Below are positions 60,471-64,000 of a stretch of 64,000 nucleotides of DNA, one piece after another. The first letter of the stretch is position 1; each line of letters starts with the position of its first letter. Source of the DNA: Chiloscyllium plagiosum (taxonomy: Eukaryota); assembly GCF_004010195.1 (NCBI RefSeq), contig NC_057718.1, positions 90,687,353-90,751,352 on the forward strand, read 5' to 3'. A program made the position numbers and the translations under genes. Under the pieces are notes generated by a model, which worked only from the letters and a program-made list of their open reading frames with translations, was not told the origin of the DNA and made no database searches.

Positions 60471-61167
60471 TTGCAGGCTGTTACATTTATGTTTATTGAG
60501 TGCCTCACAACTGTTTAATCCAGTTCTAAACAGATACAACATCCAGTGTCAACACAGCCTCTGTTGGTGCCAGTAGGCATTAATTAGGAATGTTGGTTTG
60601 AAGAGGCTGTGGTACAGTGTGTGACAGATTCAAACTGAAATGTGTACATAAGCAAGCAAGTCGTAAGAAAAGTACATTACATGCTTCTGTGGACTTTTTA
60701 TTAATATTAACAAAGTAAAAAATCTATTCATCTTATTCAGTCCCCAGAGAAAGTTCAGGGTAACCTCTACTCAAAATCCAACCAGCAAAAAGGATGGACA
60801 TTACCTGCCTAGACATACTCTTGCTCAATTCGTGCCTGGTGACAACATTGTGTCAATGGAGTTTCCATGATCCAGCATCGTATGAAGTAATTTCACTTCC
60901 TGCACAAAACTTATCCCTTCCAGTTCCAATCCTAACCAAGGATTGAATCAGCTCTCATTTCAAGACTTGTCCTGACTTTGCTGGGTTTCCAGGCACCCTC
61001 TCCCTTTTCTCCTCTCTCCTCGGTAGCCATGGCCTCAGAGTATTGGCAATTCTGGCTTTCCATTGGATCAGTCCACGGTTTTACTTGGCAAAATACATTT
61101 ATTATTTACTCATGGTATGTGAACATCCCTGGCAATACAGCATTATTTTTCCCCATCTGCAGTTACG

Positions 61168-61695
61168 GAGTCATGGAGGTGTACAGCACAGAAACGGACC
61201 CTTTGGTCCAACTCATCCATGATAACCAGGTATCATAAATTAATCTAGTCCCATTTGTCAGCACTTTGCCCATATTCCTCTAAACCCAGTTTATTCATAC
61301 ACCCATCCAGATGCCTTTCAAATGTTGTAATTGTACCAGCCAACATCACTTCCTCTGGCAGCTCATTCCATACATGCACCATCCTCTGCATGAAAAGGTT
61401 GTCCCTTAGCTCCCTTTTAAATCTTTCCCTTCTCACCTTATGCCCTTGAGTTTTGTACCCCCCTACCTTGGGGAAAATACCTTGTCTATTTATCCTATCC
61501 ATGCCCCTCTGTGATTTTATAAACCTCTATAAGGTCACCCCTCAGCCTCTGCACTCCAGGAAAAACAGCTCCAGCCTGTTCAACCTCTCCCCATAGCTTC
61601 AATCCTCCAATCCTTGTAAATCTTTTCTGAACCCTTTCAAGTTTCACAACATCTTTCCTATGATATGGAGACCAGAATTGCATGCTGTATTCAAG
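61168..61695 (-). mobile_element. HER1/CR1 3' fragment
   Basis: QFWSPYHRKDVVKLERVQKRFTR..RGDLIEVYKI; VWNELPEEV. Confidence 0.9.
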
Positions 61696-62440
61696 TTCTC
61701 CTTATGAAGGTGGTGGCGAGCTGCTGTCTTGAACAGCTGCAGTCCTCAAGGTATAAGAACATCCACAATGCCTTAGAAGGGAGGAACAGGATTTTGACCA
61801 GTGAAGTGAAGAAATAACAATGTTTTTCTAAGTCAGGGTGATGACTGGCTTGAAGGGGAACTTGCAGGTGGTGATGTTCCCATGGATTTGCTGACCTTGT
61901 CCTTTGCGATGGAAATGGTGGAGGGTTTTGGAAGGTGCTGTCTAAGGAGTTTTAGACTATTCTGCAGATAGTCCATACTGCTGCTACTGAGTATTGGTGA
62001 TGGAGGGAATGAATGATTGTGGATGTGATGTCAATCAAGCGGGATGTTTTGTCCTGTATTGTGTCAAGCTTCATGAGTGTTATTGGAGCTTCCTGCCTTG
62101 TGCCTTGTAGATCATGGACAGGATGTTTTTTGGGGGAGAGATTGGGGAGGAGGGGGTGTTGTTGGGAGTCAGGAGGTGAGTTACACACTGCAGAATTCCT
62201 ATCTGTGACCTGCCTTGTGGCTATAGTATTCGTATGGTCAGTCCAGTTCGGTTTCTGGTTAATAAGAAGTATGTTGGTAATAGGGGATTCAGCGGTAGTA
62301 ATGCCATTGAATGTAAACAGACAGTGATTAGATTCTCTCTTGTTGGAGATGGTCCTTGCCTGGTATTTCCTGGTGTGAATGTTACATGCCATTTGCATAT
62401 TGCTATGTCTTGCTGCATTTGAACATGGGCTGCTTCATTA
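61695..62440 (-). mobile_element. LINE family B fragment
   Basis: APITLMKLDTIQDKTSRLI..SLHHQYSVAAVWTI. Confidence 0.8.
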
Positions 62441-62614
62441 AGGAGTCATGCATTGCCTTCTGAAGGATGGTTAATCAGGAATCTCTCCTGTTCTTACTAC
62501 CCCAGCATTGTGTGTATTGGCAGGACTACAGACATACAATCAGTCTACTCGACCGTGTTAGAATTGCACCTTCCTTAGCCAGCAACCTCTGAAGTGGGAC
62601 TTGGACACGGAGCT

Positions 62615-63435
62615 TACATAAGAACATGATAACGAGGAGCTGGAGTAGGCCATCTGGCCCCTTAAGCCTGCTCTGCCATTTAATAAGATCAAGGCTGATC
62701 GTTTCATGGCCTCAGGTCCACTTACCCGCCCTCTCACCGTAATACTTACTTCATTTGCTGTTCAAAAAATTATCTTTGCTTTAAAAGCATTCAATGAGGA
62801 AGCCTCAACTACCTCACCGGGCAGGGAATTGCATAGATTCACAACCCTCTGGGTGAAGAAGTTCCTTCTCAATTCAGTCCTAAATCTGCTCCTGCTAATT
62901 TTGAGGCTGTGCCAGTGGAAACATCCTCTCTAGATCTATCTTATCTAATCCCTTCTTAATATGTTTCTATAAGACCAACCCCCCCCCCCCCCATTCTTCT
63001 GAATTCCAATGTATATAATCCCAGTCTACTCAGTCTCTCCTCATAAACCAACCCCCTCAACTCCGGAATCAACCCAGTGAATCTCCTCTGCATCCCCCCT
63101 AGTGCCAGTACATCCTTTCTCATGTAAGGAGACCAAACTTGCACGCACTACTCCAGGTGTGGCTTTACCAGCACCTTGTACAGCTGCAACATAACCTCCC
63201 TGCTTTTAAACTCAATCCCTTTAGCAATGAAGGACAAAACTCCATTTGCCTTCTTAATTACCCATTGTACCTGCAGACTAACTTTCTGTAACACATGCAT
63301 GAGGACACCCAGGTTCCTCTGCACAGCAGCATGCTGCAATTTTTTACCATTCAAATAAAAGTCCTTTTTTACTGTTATTCCGACCAAAATGGATCAATTC
63401 ACATTTATTAACATTGTACTCCATCTGCCGGACAT
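62615..63435 (-). mobile_element. CR1 LINE 3' fragment
   Basis: VIKKANGVLSFIAKGIEFKSREVMLQLYKVLVKPHLE; QVWSPYMRKDV. Confidence 0.9.
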
Positions 63436-63919
63436 TATGATCTAGATGGTGGCCACTGCACTCCAAGATCTCCCCATTCTATCATTAGGCAACCCAACCC
63501 AACAGGCTTGTAATCACATACACTTTTCTCTCTCAGTATTCAGCATTGCAACTCTGTGCAATTAACATCTCCACAATTCTGACTGTGATAATTTACCACC
63601 ATAATAACATCGGACTGCAATTAATGGTCATGGAATACCGTACATTGTGTTAGACTCAAGACTATTCCCAAACAAAGAACATATAGTCGATTATGAATTC
63701 TGGCCACACATTGTACTGGGCTGCTCCAAGCATGAAGTTAGCCAGTTGTCTTGCAACTTTGCAAGCTCTCGATTTCAGTTCAGTCAGATGCAATAAAGTT
63801 GTCTTCTCTCTGACAGCTACTCAAATTGATTTAGTTCGTGTCTGGCTGCAGTCAGACTGAATTTTACCACAATACAGGTCAGCCAACCCACCCAAACAAA
63901 TATGGGGGGAACAATGGTT

Positions 63920-64000
63920 TCCAAAGATCCATCCCACCCTTTTCTACAGCCTCTACCATTGGGTAGAAGATACAGAAGCCTGAACACACGCACCAGCCGG
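63920..64000 (+). mobile_element. Rex1/Babar-like LINE fragment cut by the window end
   Basis: KDPSHP and LPLGRRYRSLNTRTSR, same family as 46100-46480. Confidence 0.65.

Overview
Vertebrate genomic DNA from a shark or ray: about 20 HE1-type SINEs and many HER1/CR1-type LINE fragments point to an elasmobranch. The window is almost entirely intronic. The only convincing coding sequence is one 77-bp internal exon (31798-31874, +) of SLC24A3/NCKX3; I did not find the neighbouring exons. The rest is mostly transposon debris: CR1/HER1, L2, Rex1/Babar-like and Penelope-like elements, at least four SINE families, probable solo LTRs and a MITE. There is also a 2.56-kb 26-bp minisatellite. Most interesting signals: (1) repeated short Penelope-derived insertions, mostly fold-back, with hammerhead-ribozyme-like cores, long target-site duplications and breakpoints clustering at the ribozyme; (2) SINE-centred templated rearrangements, namely a ~310-bp inverted duplication around one HE1 and a 143-bp piece copied from 8 kb away into another HE1, creating inverted repeats that bracket the SLC24A3 exon; (3) a candidate in-frame 66-bp cassette exon. 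Repeat family names come from my recall of consensus motifs, not a database search. Repeat boundaries are approximate (about +/-20 bp) unless defined by a TSD.
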